Below are positions 52,177-64,000 of a stretch of 64,000 bases of DNA, piece after piece. Each line of letters starts with the position of its first letter. Within the stretch, counting starts at the first letter, position 1. Under the pieces are notes generated by a model. That model had not been told where the DNA came from, did no database searches, and saw only the letters and a program-made list of their open reading frames with translations. The stretch is from the NCBI GenBank assembly GCA_013265495.1, contig MU058418.1, positions 248,001 to 312,000 on the forward strand. Reading direction: 5' to 3'. The position numbers were made by a program, and so were the translations under genes. Source of the stretch: Vicugna vicugna (Eukaryota).

Positions 52177-52695
52177 TGTGTTGGGGTCCCCAAGATCACC
52201 CCAGGTTTTGACGATTTGTTAGAAGGACACACAGGACTCAGCATATACTTGAACTTACAGGTATGGTTTATTACAGCAAAAGATACAAAGTAAAACCGGC
52301 TAAGGAAAAAGGTGCATGAAATGAAGTCTGGAGGAAACCAGGTGTAAGCCTCCCTGAGTTCTTCTACCAGTGGAGTCTCACAGAAAGTGATTAACTCCTC
52401 CAAGAACTAATGCGTATGAAAACATATGTGAAATATTGTCTAGCAGGGAAACTCACTGGAGACAGCGCTCAGGGTTTTTGTTGGGGTTGGTGATGTAGGC
52501 ATACTCTGCCTAGTACGTACCAAAATTCTAGACTCCCAGAAGGAAAGCAGGTGATCAGTATAAACTACATTGTTTGCAGAAACAGTTTAGGCACAGTGAT
52601 CTGGTCTTATCAGTTAAAGAATGGTTCCAAGTTCCCAGACACTAGTCAAGGGCCAACGCTATAAGCAGGCTTTTCTAAGGATAGTAATCTCTTTT
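52177..52695 (-). mobile_element. MER21-like ERVL LTR
   Basis: tgtgttggggtccccaagatcacccca..acaggactcagcata..aagtctggaggaaaccagg..ccaaaattctagactcccagaaggaaagcaggtg..ccaagttcccagacactagtcaagggccaac. Confidence 0.85.
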
Positions 52696-52769
52696 TCTGG
52701 GATATATTGAAAATATTCTTACTTTTTTATTGCAGAATCTCACTTTTAGAGTTTTTTTAAGCAAATAGT

Positions 52770-53170
52770 ATGAAGTAGAGCAAAGTTATGTACACTAAAA
52801 TGTTCATCACAATACTGTTTAAATTAGTAAAAAAAAAAAAAAATAAACAACATAAGTGTCCAAAAACTGTGGAATGGCTTAGTAAATTATGGCATAGTAG
52901 GATGAAGAAATATTAGTCATTAAAATTATATTTTTGAAGATTTTTAATAACAAAAATGACTATCCTGGGGAGTAAATTAAGACAAAGAATTATATATACA
53001 ATAATAAGTCAAAAATGGGAGAAATAGAGAATGAAATTTAGAAGAAAATACATCAAAATGTAATCATGATTAATTTCTGAGGGATGGTTTATATAAAGTA
53101 ATTTTTATTTTCCTTGTAAACTTTTTCTGTGCTTTCTTTCAATTTTTATTTAATAAACTTGTATTTACTT
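52770..53170 (+). mobile_element. L1ME-type 3' end
   Basis: aatgttcatcacaatactgttt..aagtgtccaaaaactgtggaatggcttagtaaattatgg. Confidence 0.7.
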
Positions 53171-55094
53171 TTCTAATTAAAAAACAAGATATAATAATAT
53201 AAGAATTGTGTTAAAAAGATTTTAGATATAATGGTCTGTGCCTTCAAAGCTAGTTTAGCTAAAATATGAAATATTTTATGAAATATTTTTAGTATGCACA
53301 GTGAGTTATATGAATACAATGTATAAGGCAGAGCTTGACTAAAGAGCTCAGGATTGCAAACGACCATTTAAAATGCAATTTTCTATTTAACATGTTTCTT
53401 TCTTCAATTAGCTAACAACAAAAGAAAAACAGGCAAAGGGAGGGGAGATATTATGAACACTACAGAAAGCACAATGACTAATTTTTATTATAAGGAAGAA
53501 ATGGTTCACAAACTAGTAAATGTAAAAATAAAAATGTTACTTTTCAATGGATAGAACAAAGGATGAATTTCCTAAATAACACTGAATGTTTACATGATCC
53601 CAATTTATGTACAATCTGTTAGGTATTACTAACAGAAATCACATAAATTTTCAAATTTTAAGGAGGATTGGGTAATTACCCTACAAACTTCTGGAGAAGG
53701 TGATTTCTAACATATTCAATTACAATTCCCCTCCATTTGCTTTAATGCATCTACTCTAGTCACATAGATAATACTCCACAGAAAGCTATTTTTATACTAC
53801 CCAGCTTCTCCATCACCACATTAAGTAGCCATATAGGAAACAGACCACTATTGTATCCTCTTATCCCTGGAGAGATGAAATGGTTTGCAGCTTATTTTCA
53901 ATCACAAAGCAATTCTTTTGTGTACCGAATTGGCCCCAGGCTACCGAGGTTGTGCAACTCACTTTCCACATGACCTCCACTTGTGGCTGCTTCCCAAACG
54001 TGTCAGAACATGAAAACCTTGAAGGCACTCCATGTGGGGCAGTGCTCCCTCTGCCTCTGAAGTGATTCCTGGGCCAAGTTAGAAAAACCAAATTCTGAAC
54101 AGCCATTGGGATAGCAAGCACACTTAGAAGGGAGGGAAAAAAAAACCAAAAAAACCCCAGAATTTTTCTGGTTAGGAAGGGAAATGCGGTTAACCTAAAT
54201 TGGACCTAGAGAGCAAATGGAGGCATCAAAAAGCACTCCCACTGCTTCAGTTCGACTATGCATTTTTGTTTGTTGTAAAAAAAGAACAGCTCTTTAAATA
54301 GTTTGGCTATATTCAGAAATGTAACTGCTTTAAAAGGTCTCAAATGTTTTAAAGGACTGTATTTGGGAGGTGGTGGGGAGAGAGGGCAGATGACAAAGCA
54401 TTGCTACAGATTCTTTTGAGTAAAACTTATTAGCTAATGAAAGTCAGCAGTTGGTACTTGATAAGTGGTGGTTCGTGTGTGATCAACAGTTCTTCAGACT
54501 TCGTTGCTGCCTCTTTTCTTTTTCCCAGGAAGACATAGATTATATAGGATTTGGACATCAAAAAAACTGTTCAGATCATGTCACTGTCAAACATGCATTA
54601 AGAACTTCCAGACACTACGCTTTCCTGCCATTTGTCATCTCTGAACTCTAGGCTTTTCTTCTGTAAAATGGGTATGCCAACACGTCACCCTTTTCATACG
54701 TGATTGGGTAGAAAGAAAGAATCGGCAAACTGTGACATGCTATCCACGCATTTATTATTGTTGTTGCTATGAGGTCTGCCTAACATATGGAAAGTACTTA
54801 ACAAATGTTTGCAAAATTATTAATAAACTGGACTAATTATAGTGGACAAATGGTAAGAATGAGTAAGTCAAGAACCTTAAAATCAACAATAACACTTCCA
54901 CTTAACAATTAACAGATATTTAACTATAAAACATTAATATCTTATATGAAACTAAGCTGAGTACCTTGGAAATATCCCGGGAGGGGGAAACAAGGCTTCA
55001 ACTGCCAGAAGAGGTCACTGTAATCATCATATATGGTCAGATCTCAGGTATGGTAGAGGCTTGCTAGCAAATCAGGTTTCATAAAGGTACAAAG

Positions 55095-55265
55095 GCAGTG
55101 AGTGAGAGGTTAAGAGCCTGAGCTCTGAAGTTCAAATCTCAACTAACAACTTGTATGACTGTGGACAAATTACTTAATCTTTTCTGAGTCTCAGTTTTTA
55201 TATTATAAAATGGGGAGAGTAGTATTATCTGCTGGCAGGATGATTGTGAAAAATTTAATGAATAG
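55095..55265 (+). mobile_element. MIR SINE
   Basis: ggttaagagcctgagctctg..tgactgtggacaaattacttaatc..tctgagtctcagttt..taaaatgggga. Confidence 0.8.
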
Positions 55266-56489
55266 GTGAATTACTACAGTGTTACTTGCTTAGCTATCAT
55301 CATCTTCATCATACTACATACGAGGAAAGGTCTTCCTATGAGTGCAACTAGACCACGAATCCTCCATTTCACAATGTGCTATTAACCCTCAGCCATGGTA
55401 GTGAACTATGGTATGCTTTTGAAAAATGCAGCAAAGGGGGTCTACTGTGCATATATCTTGCCAGGCCCCTACACACCACTATGCTGCTTAGGTGAAGTTA
55501 GATATGTCTGCCAGGAACTGTGGTTCCCTGAACCAAATGTTAGCAGATGTCCAAGGTACGGTTCTTCATATTTCACTCACCACTCTCTGAACCATCCAGA
55601 ATCCCTGGGTTATACTTTAAAATTTTAAATTTCATATCCAAGTTGCTCATGCCCTGTGTTTCACTTTCAGTAAAATTTTTCTTTCTTCAAATGGAAACAT
55701 CGTCAAAAAGCTCAAGATGTGCATACATGCATATTTTTCTAATTTGCAGTGAGTGAAATCTTGCTAATGCAGAAGCTAAAGAAGTTAGAATAATGAAACA
55801 CTAAGATAGGAGTCCCTTATAATGGTATATAACATGTTAAATGATGGCGGTGGTCAATGAAGCAATTGCTTCACATTCAATAACCTGCTGAAATGAAATA
55901 ACTGCATTTCAAAGAAATAAAACCTAATCCTTTTTGAGATGTCCTGCTAAATGAGTCAAAAAACCTTAATTCTAGATCTATAAAATTAATCAAAATAATC
56001 CAACTGTGCAACCATCCTACTTCTTATCGCAGAGAATTTAATAACGCAGTAAATTCTGGATCTTAGATATAAAAGACATCCTTCCCACATGCCTCCAACA
56101 GTCACCACTTTGGGATCATGTCCACTCTTCTGGGACATGGAAAGCTCCTTCCTCTGGGGAAAGGCTGGGTTCAGCTTCTTCAGCATGAGCTGCTTCTCCA
56201 GCCTGCCTGCCTTGTGACAGTGCTACCTGCCAGCCAGAAGCATCCTGGTCTTCTGGGCTGCTGCAGATTGAACAGACTGTGAATCCAGCCAGAGGATAAG
56301 AGGTTGTTTTAATTGGCTAAATCTGCTATGTACTAAGCGTATGGCCACGAATTTGTAGCCAAAACACTAATCTAAAAAAGTGTCATGTGCAATTTAAACA
56401 CAAAACAAAAATGACATTTTTGCTCATCAATCTAGTTTTGCCATGAGGGTTTTTAACCTAACATTTTATAATGATTACCAAATCCTTAC

Positions 56490-56564
56490 CTTTGCTGAAG
56501 TAGAATTTTCATGGTATACTCCTTGTACCAAGTCCATAAGAGCACTTGCTAAAAGTTCCACAAC
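56490..56564 (-). CDS. PDSS2: PDSS2 coding exon (equivalent to human exon 4), 75 nt, [25 protein letters not shown]
   Basis: Manual reverse-complement translation matches recalled PDSS2 peptide [24 protein letters not shown]. Acceptor ...gttttcttag| and donor |gtaagg; phase 0. Confidence 0.97.
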
Positions 56565-59124
56565 CTAAGAAAACAACAACAAAAAAAAGAAAACAAACAA
56601 TTTAAAAAATGTATCCTCATTTTTATCCAAGAAGGCTTAGTAGCAAGGCAGTATTGCACTTGATAGAAAAAAAAAGCGAGGGCGGGCAGTGGGGGGGCAG
56701 GTTATATGCAAAAATCCTGGCAAATGGCATTGCCCACCTAGATATTAGTGCTGTGATCCAATTTTTTTCCAGTCATAATTCAAGCAAAAAAAAAAAAACT
56801 TACAAGCATAGCACTTAACTAATATATATGAAAATCCAGTACTAGCCATATTGAACATAAACTTAAATTTCAGATAACTAATGAAATCTTAACTCTATTT
56901 TCTGTATGCTTATTTCTGTCAGGTGGATACTTTTTCAATATCCCCATTTTGGGAGTCATCACAGTACTAATTTTCATACTTAATATAGAAAGAAAAGCAA
57001 AAGCAAAAAAATGGTTAACTTTCTTAATGTGTTCATTCTGTTGTACTAAAAATGCACTGTGGATATATCTGGTGCAGGGCCCTTGGGTCAAATATACCAT
57101 AAACACTGAAAATTTTTTAGAGAACTGCAATATTAAAATTGTATTCATCAAACCTGTATTATTTTCAAAGCTCAGGCTATTAAAAAAAATCAAACAAAAT
57201 CAAAAGCTTTGAACTTGTTCCAGAATGTAAAACAAGCAGAAACAGTAAATGGTCTCTTTGGAACTACTGTACAATTTAGAGTTGTTTGCATAAACCATCT
57301 TAATTCAAGAGTATAAAATAGTGGTATTTTACTAATGTTCAATGCAGCCATTTCAAACAAGAATTCCTCAAGGCAACCCTATCTGCTTCTTACAAAGTCT
57401 CAATATCTTGTATATTTAGCTTCCTATATTATGCAGTCCTGTATCAGATTCCCACTCTTTGCTTCCTAAAATTTAGCTCAGTTCTGATTGAATTAAAGGA
57501 TCTTGTTTCAGCTTTTATCATTCTTGTAACTGAAGACATTATTAAGCCAAAGGATACAGATCCAAACAACAAGATACTTCAATTTCAGGTATCTTGTATT
57601 CAATAAACATTTTCTTAGAGGCAAATTACATTAATTTGTAAAAAGACTTGCTTCAAAATTTTAACACATGGGCATTTATCTCCAAATTTATATTTACTTA
57701 CATTCATACTGCATAACACACACAAGGCTGTTGATATGGAAATTTTGCTGATTAAAGGCAAAATTTTTTTCTAGCTCTGCAGATGGGTTAATCTGTAAGA
57801 CTTATACAAAGTCTTTTTTTTTTTTTAATCTCACTGCCCTTTAGGTAACCGAATACTTAAGAAATATTGTAGCAATATGAGATGCAGAGGAACTGCAAGG
57901 ACAATGATCCTACAGTGTTACCAGATGTGTTGAGTTATTTAAGTGGGGAAGAGAGAAAAATGAATGGATTTTTTTCCCCCCTGAAGGTATCAGATAAGCT
58001 CTATTCCCAAATCCAGAAGGATCGAGTATCACCAATAGGTCTATGAAAGACTGTAACTAAACGCACAGCATCAGATTGGATTACAGTTTACACAAGCAAC
58101 ATCCCAAGGTTCCTCTGATGGCTGGACACATAATACAGATCAATCAGTCACTAAGAAATGTTATGGTTTTGAAACAGTTCGAGGTCTCAGAACAGCACTG
58201 GTAAAGTGAAGAGGGATTTATAAAGAGAAACTCTGACACTAAATGTTAAAATGATGGCATGAACTTTTAACAATGGATCTGGTTTTGGATAACAAGAGTG
58301 TTTCTTAACTTCCCTGAAATTGCAGACCAGAAAGAAGCAATGAAAACATTTTATTCTCTCTTTTTCTCTTAATGCAATTAGCAAACAGAAGTAGATCATT
58401 TCTAATTTATAAATGACCTGTACTTCTAAACGGCCATCCTTGCTTGAGCAGAATACACCTTTATTACCAACAACAACCATCAAGGAAAAAGCTTTGGACT
58501 TCTTGGGTTAACAAGTCCAGAGAGGTAATAATAGAGTATGAAAAGCAGGATAGCCTAGGGGAGTTGAATATGTCCCAGGCAAAAGTGACTTACCCAGCAC
58601 ACACACAAATGTCTTTCCATTGCCTGAAATATTTACTTTAAAAATTATACCAAAAAGGGATGTGTTTAAGTATTATCCTCCTGTAAAATCACAAATATTC
58701 TAGGAAGACCATAGGGCTACCAGCCACATGTATGTTAACAAGACCATTTAACGATCTTATCTTTTTTTTTTTCATTACATGGCTTACTACCAAAGGCATT
58801 CACCTGTTTAGATATCTACTGTACTTAAATATAAGAAAGCACTTGTTTAATGGGATTTCCCCACCTCAGGAATGATTTGTTCAAGCAACCCAAAATGGTA
58901 GCAAGGATAATGGCAGCCAGGAGACTCTAGAGCCTAACTGCCAGACCACCTGAGACTAAGAGTCCTTACCGCAGACTTCCTGGTGCTCCAGGCAGGAACA
59001 ACCATGAGAAAGATTCAAGGACTTCTGTTCCAAGCCCAGAAAAAAGATAGGTTGAAAGAGCCTCCATGTCAGCAGCCCTCGGAAACCCAACAGATTAGCA
59101 GGTTGTGATGAAACAGAGCAGAGC

Positions 59125-59290
59125 AGTGGGAGGGACAGGATTTAGATTCTGCCTCAAGGCCTATTACCAATTGCATTGTGAGGTTTGGGGCAAATCAATT
59201 ACTTTCTCTCATCTTTGGTTTTCCTCAAAAAGAAATGAGGGAAGTTGTAAAACATAATTCCTTGGGGTCTCTTCCAGTTCTAAGACTCTG
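59125..59290 (+). mobile_element. MIR3-like SINE
   Basis: tgtgaggtttggggcaaatcaatt..tttggttttcctca..ggtctcttccagttctaagactctg. Confidence 0.65.
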
Positions 59291-62200
59291 AGCTTTTTAG
59301 AAATGCAAATCCTAGTATTTAAAAGTAGGCATGTAAATTTGAAAAATTCTTTTTTGGTAAACTTTGATGAAGCATCTTTGCTCATGCTATTATTTTTATC
59401 TGTTCTTTTCACATGGGCCTTTCTATCTATCTAAACTTCACTGATTATTTTCTTTGTAAAACTTTTTTGTATCTAATCCCCTTTGGTTCTGATATCTGGA
59501 ATCATAATGAAACCATTTTCATTTTTTAAGCCATTTAAAGCCATTCTAAGCCTTTTCCATTTTTTAAACCATAATGACTGGTAGCCCATCCCACTAGCTG
59601 GCAAAGAAGGCCTAGTCAATTAAAGGTCACACTGCTGGGTTCTGGGTCTTGAAGGGCTCTAATGCTTGGGAATAATTCATACATAATGAATTCAGAATGA
59701 CATCAGGTCTAAGTACAAAGTTGCATCAAACAATAATGGCACCAGCTGACCATATCACTTCCTTCATTCTCTAATGAGTAAATATGTAGAGAACTTAGAA
59801 GAGACTCTGGAACGTAGTAAGTCTCAGTGAATGGTAACTTATTATTCTTCTATACTTCTATATTACTACTCTATATTTGATACAAGGGTTGGATAGATGA
59901 AGGGAGTAGTATGGAAACCAAGAGTAAAGTGTGTCCAAATACTCTGGAAGAAAATGGATTTTAATTCAACAACAGAACAAATGAAAAGACTATTTTAACC
60001 AAAATCAGAGATCTCTGTAACATTGACTTGTTGCATCCTGAAACATTATTTCAGACTATATGGCTGTCACCATCAATGTTATAAAGTTTACCTTACTGCC
60101 TAGAGGGTAATCAAGGGGAGAGATACTTCTTCATTTCTGGAGGTTGTGAGAATAGTAGAATTGCCTATTTGTACATGCAAATGCAAAAATGCTTTCTCTT
60201 TGATTTGTGTCATGTGTTTAAATCTAGACTCTACAGCCATTCCATACACTATCTCCCAGTCTTCTGAGTAACACCTGAGATTTCAGTGAGCCAGAAGTGA
60301 TTAACTATTCACAATGTCAGTTTTATGAGCTGGCTTCTCCTGCCACCTTGTTTTAGTTACCAGGGAGAAGGTCGCAGAGGAAAGGAAGTAAATAGTGCAC
60401 ATTAAATTGATGTTCTCAAGCAAACTGTTGATCTCTCCCATTTAAATCACCACACTCTAATTGAATAAGGAGCAGGTACTATTCAGATGCATCTAAACCT
60501 TAGCACAATTACAGTTCTGATATATTTGACATTTGGAATGAATTTCTTAAATAGTTAACTTATAGGACAAATTTTACCAATCTTGGGGGAATATGTAATT
60601 GCTTAATTTTTTATCTTTTGGCAAGGTTAGCTACAATTCAATGATTTTTTTTTAAGCTGAAAAAGTAAAATGATGCAAACCCTCACAAAAGGTATTGTAA
60701 TTATTATGTCCTGAGCTATAATAAAAATCTCATCTTAAAAATTGTAAATTGAGAGAAGTAGGAGGCAGTACAAGAACAGTGACTCAAAAACATCCTCACT
60801 TACCCTGCTATACAAAGATATCTGTAACACATTCTTAAGGAAACGAGAAACAAAAACTGATTACAAAACAGAATAACATGATAGGTATTTTTAAAACAAA
60901 AATGAGGTCAATTTATGTGTTTCTAAATGCCATGAAAAAAGTCTAAGAAACAACATAATGTTAATAATAATGACAATCTGTAAGTTGTAAGATTATAGAT
61001 GATTTTTAGTTTAAAATTTTTTCAACTTCTCTGAATTGCTTAAATTTATACTTGCTTAAATACATAATGCATGACATTGTCTCTACCCTTTTATTATCTT
61101 GCTTTCATACTCAGATAAAACAATAAACCTACTTCCAGGGAGCAGGCCGGGAGGAAGTATACCCTGTTTTAGTTTCAGAAAGGCTTCAAGCTCAGCTGTG
61201 TCCACAACTGATTTTATGGACTATAGCAATCAGCAGTCCCTGGATTAGCAAAAATGAGATCAGTAAGTGGTGGTAAGCATTCTGCACAGGTAAGTTGTGC
61301 CTTTCTCAATATATGTGATTCAGGAGTATTGTCAGTTAGCATCTGACAGATGGAATAGAGTCAATGGAGTTGTAGCTGTTTCACTAGTAAACCAGACCAC
61401 TTTGGTTTGAGCAAAGGAGCGCCTATCCTAAATTTAAAGTAAAATGCAACTAAATCTTTAGAAAAATGTTAATTATAAACTAACGTGGCTCAGCTGAAAC
61501 TCAAGCCAGCATAAGCTATCTGAGTTGATGTAATCAGGTAGTATAGTTCTATTTTAATTCACTTAAGAAAGGTTGTTGTGTACTTAATTTAATTTGCTCA
61601 GTATATTAAAACTGTGGAGGCTATTACAGATTTATAACTGTCTTTCAAAATCCTGAACTGGGAAGGTTGTTTCACTGACGTTTTTACTACAGTGTGGAAC
61701 GCCAGACAACGGAGGCTCCATTACTCTATTTTGGAGGCCAGTGAACACACAGCCCCTCAGACTTCAGTGCTCTGAACAGCTGCAAGCAAGGGAAACTGTC
61801 ACGCGTGTGCCCGCATCTGCAGTGCTGATGGCATTAATTACTCACAAATTTACTGCACTCCTCCCCCAACCCCCAGGAACAAACAGCAATGCATGAAGCA
61901 GTAGCAAAGGTAAAACACCCCTGGGGAAGAATTAATTCTCATATACATCTTGGGAGGAACAAAAGACTGATTTAGTATAAATACGTCCTTTTCAAAGAGC
62001 CTTGGCGTTTGAAGGGATATTGTCAGGATTTTTTTTTTTTTTTGAGCCACAAAAACTATATAGTCAGTGAATACGTTTTACAGAAAAATGCTTTTATAGA
62101 TGAAGGATGCCGAATAGCCTGCTAATGGTAACCAGAGCATGTAGCTTCACTCCAGTTCCTCTTCATACAAATGGAACACAAAATATCTGAGAGATGCTTT

Positions 62201-64000
62201 TAAAGATGGAAAGATTACTTTCATTAACAAGGTAAAGTAGAGAAGGACTGGTAAAGGAGTAATGCTCTCCTGCAGAGGCCAATAATATCTAACATTTGTA
62301 AAGCACTTTATCATTTACAAACGGGGTTTAAGTAAACTAGCTGGTTCCAGGTGGATCCAGTCCCCAGTGCTCAGCCTGAGCTTCCAGACTGGCAGCCTCG
62401 GTGGAGAAGCAACCTCTGAAGAACACAGGGAGCAGCAGCAGTGGCCAAATAAGGGGTGAATCTACTCACTCACCACCTGGGCACAAACAACCCAGATGAG
62501 CCCTAATCTGCATGCTGATTAATATAAATGAGTGGTTTTAATAAAGCCATTGATGGAGTCTATGAAAGAATGGTTTTCTTCATTCATTCCTACCAGACAA
62601 GGACCAGGTTTAATGAAGACAATGATGAAAGGTCTGTTGCAATAAACACACGACTAACTCACAGGAGTTCTGGAAGAAGCTTCTAACTCGGCTTTTTGAA
62701 GGGAGTCTTTTCAGTGCTGCCAAATGTGTAAGGCCGTGCTTATTTGTGGGAGGGATGGCAATCTGTTCTAGTGAGCTGGAAGTTCTTTCTGGCGAAGGGG
62801 GAAGAGCAGAGAGAGAAATGGCACTACCAGTAGGACAGGTGCAGCAAAAACTAAGCAAATTGATAATCTTAATTTTTAATTTAGAACAGCTGATACATTG
62901 GTTTATAAACTACTGGTAACATTTGTCAAAAAGGGTTCACAAAAATTCAGCGAACTACAGAAAAGTATAAAATCACAACTAATAAAACTTAAAAGAGACA
63001 GTCCACAAGTTCAGGAAAATGGCTTGAATATGAAGTATTGAAGTTTACTATTATATTGGCTAGTGCACTTATTCCATAAACATTTGCTCATAGCCTACTG
63101 TGTAACTGGCACTGTCCTAGTGAGACCAGTGATGGCCTTACAAAGATAAGGCCATTCATTTGTCTTTGATCACTTAGAGGGTTAATATATAGATGAGCTG
63201 CATGACCTTGGGCCAGCACACCAATTCTCTGGGCCTGTTTGCTTCTCTTGGAAAGAGGTGCCTGTGCTTTATCAACAGTAAGCCCTATGATCAGAAATAC
63301 CTAAATATGCAGCTGTATACATTTTTTACTCATAACAATTATAAGGAATAGTTGTAGTTGGCCAAAAATGTGGGTTTCTTTTACTACCAATACAAAAGTC
63401 AAAAAAGTTGTTCCCTTTTTGAGTGAGGGTGCAGGATTCTTGGCCTTGTTTGTCACTGAACAATGAGAAATATTTATTTAAACAATGATTAGGTTCCTGA
63501 AAAACTGGCAGATATTTTAGAATGCTGATGTCAAGATGAAGCTTTTCAGAAGAAATAAAGGAAAAGGAGATGCTTTCCAGTAGGTTAAAAAAGGTTGTGT
63601 CAAGTAGCTACAAAAACTGTAAATAGTTGCTAAGGATCGAATGCCTGTGAAACAAAGCAATTCTGACATTACCACACAAAAGTTAGTTGCTTTACTTTCT
63701 ACCTTCTCCAACATGGAAATTCCTGCACATGAAGTCTGCTATACTCAGGATATTCCACATTAGTATGCTCTTTACTTAATGGCACTGTTACACCTTGTTT
63801 TGACTGTACTTTCTTGAAGAGAATAAAGTTTGCCATTTCAGTGACCTGCACTTTTTTCCCAGGTAGCTGATGACCTCCATTTTGCTTTCACTGCTTCGTC
63901 ATGTGAGGGTCCTCTCAGTGATGTTAAGTGATATTTTCCAGGTGTGATTTTACTGAAACGTTAATGCCACCTTTGAGAAGTTCACAGTGTGAATCCTCAG

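Noticed and set aside
62610..62858. 82-aa ORF as a PDSS2 coding exon
   Set aside because: Its frame is out of phase with PDSS2 at the predicted splice acceptor. Kept only as a candidate poison exon.

Overview
Mammalian genomic DNA, probably camelid (a Vic-1-like tRNA-derived SINE at ~50.96-51.10 kb and a young camelid-type L1 3' end at ~47.9-48.2 kb). The whole window lies inside PDSS2 (decaprenyl-diphosphate synthase subunit 2, coenzyme Q side-chain synthesis) on the minus strand. Four coding exons are present, equivalent to human exons 4-7 (56490-56564, 30751-30924, 29701-29832, 15123-15155). All have GT-AG boundaries and phase 0, and none was captured by the ORF track. The rest is intron: a degraded RPS24 processed pseudogene, many old transposon remnants (CR1/L3, a probable RTE-type LINE, L2, MIR, L1M/HAL1, MaLR/ERVL LTRs, hAT MERs), a few younger insertions with target-site duplications, microsatellites, and TE-poor blocks that look like non-coding regulatory elements. 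I found no convincing previously undescribed biological system. The best leads are a candidate 126-nt poison exon in intron 3, a 65-nt hairpin in intron 7, motif-rich candidate enhancers, and the possibly very old RPS24 retrocopy. Repeat family names and boundaries come from my recognition of consensus sequences and are approximate. Exon and TSD coordinates were counted directly.
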